From Marsupella aquatica (taxonomy: Eukaryota; Plantae; Marchantiophyta), in NCBI GenBank assembly GCA_973895155.1, contig OZ316895.1, positions 928,435 through 992,434 of the forward strand: DNA of 64,000 nt, in the 5' to 3' direction. This document shows positions 63,011 through 64,000 of this stretch, piece by piece. The notes below the pieces were generated by a model, which saw nothing but the letters and a program-made list of their open reading frames with translations, did no database searches and was not told the DNA's origin. Each line of letters begins with the position of its first letter. Position 1 is the stretch's first letter. The translations under genes were made by a program, and so were the position numbers.

Positions 63011-64000
63011 ACGGGTCAGTGTTGATGGGAAATGAAATCCCAAGTCAATGTCATGACATATGGTATCGTAGCCATAGTGTATCGAAAACATACAAGTCAC
63101 CGGCAATGCATATGTGCAAGCTGCTAGCAACCAACATGCATAGAAAAAGTCCAATCACATTCCCAAGTGCCAAGAAAAAGCAACTGAGGTGGTATGTACG
63201 TAGTGGAGGTGTAAACCTCTGTATATAAAAGGCGTAAGAGAAACAATTGTACTGAAATCGAATCAAAACCGGCAGGATGCCAAGATCGGCCGGGAGCATC
63301 TAACAAATCACTGTGTGAATCTCGTGTACGAAACCGACGAGCACTGTCTGAGCTCTGTCAACAGCGATTCAAAAAGAACTGAAAAACCGACAAAGAAAGA
63401 CATGCCCTAAGTAGATCAAGTCAAGGCGTCACACTAACAAGCACGTTTTGCTTCAAGAACGGCCCAGACTTGCTACAAGAACATGACACTAACTCAAGTA
63501 GTACACTAGCCCTAACTACATACCTAGCGGGCATGCGAGGGACATGCCGATGTGCACAAGCGGCACTGTCCCTCGGCATGACATCAAGTTGTTGGACTTG
63601 GATCTGTAAGATTTCAGATGTTTGATGATGCTGTGAGAACGTTGAGGAATGTGAGACATATTCCCAGCATGATGAAAAATCTCATTTCACTTGGAGTTTT
63701 AGAAGCAAATGGCCATCAGTGGAGTTCTGCTAATAGTGTCCTTCAAGTTTCAACTGGTACTAAAGTTGTATTGAAGGGAAAGAGACATAGCAATCTATAC
63801 GTTTTGGAGGGCAGTGTAGTCTATGATGAAGCCAATGTAACCTTATCTCATGAGGAGACGGCCCGGCTGTGGCACTTCCGTTTGGGCCACATGAGTGAAA
63901 AAGGTTTGGTTATTCTTCAGAAGAAAAGATTACTTTCTAATTTGCAATCTTGCAAGTTGAAATTCTGTGAGCATTGTGTGCTTGGGAAGCAGCACAGGAA
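63011..64000 (+). pseudogene. Ty1/Copia pol fragment (protease to pre-integrase region), interrupted by a solo repeat and running off the window
   Basis: GSVLMGNEIPSQ | VVGLGSVRFQMFD...NVRHIPSMMKNLISLG...LWHFRLGHMSEKGL...FCEHCVLGKQHR reads in frame once the insertion and one TCAA are removed. Confidence 0.88.
63049..63583 (-). mobile_element. Solo A+B terminal repeat (535 bp) of the DNMT/PHD Gypsy family
   Basis: TGTCATGACA...GGCATGACA, collinear with 31980-32515. TCAA TSD at 63045-63048 and 63584-63587. Confidence 0.93.

Overview
This is repeat-rich eukaryotic nuclear DNA, most likely from a non-seed land plant. That placement is an inference from the plant-type PP2C gene, a plant tRNA-Asn primer site and the TE families; the species cannot be named. 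The only convincing host gene is a spliced PP2C phosphatase on the minus strand (56536-58044, first exon unresolved). The rest is nested and decayed TEs. The centrepiece is a 15-kb Ty3/Gypsy-type retroelement (31980-46979, minus strand, 4-bp TGGG target-site duplication). Its pol carries a DNMT3-like cytosine methyltransferase between protease and RT, and a PHD finger after the DDE integrase. Its termini are split direct repeats (sense order B-internal-A-AC-B-A), not two ordinary LTRs. A G7 polypurine tract and a 14-bp self-complementary primer site place the reverse-transcription LTR at A-AC-B, so the integrase TG/CA attachment sites lie inside that LTR. This points to integration from a circular two-LTR intermediate. 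A solo copy of the repeat unit with its own 4-bp TSD lies at 63049-63583. A 3.9-kb TTAA-bounded Crypton-like tyrosine-recombinase element and a solo LTR are nested in the element. Also present: a second Gypsy element with an accessory ORF, Copia and LINE remnants, SINE-like elements, MITEs and tandem repeats. All alignments were done by eye.
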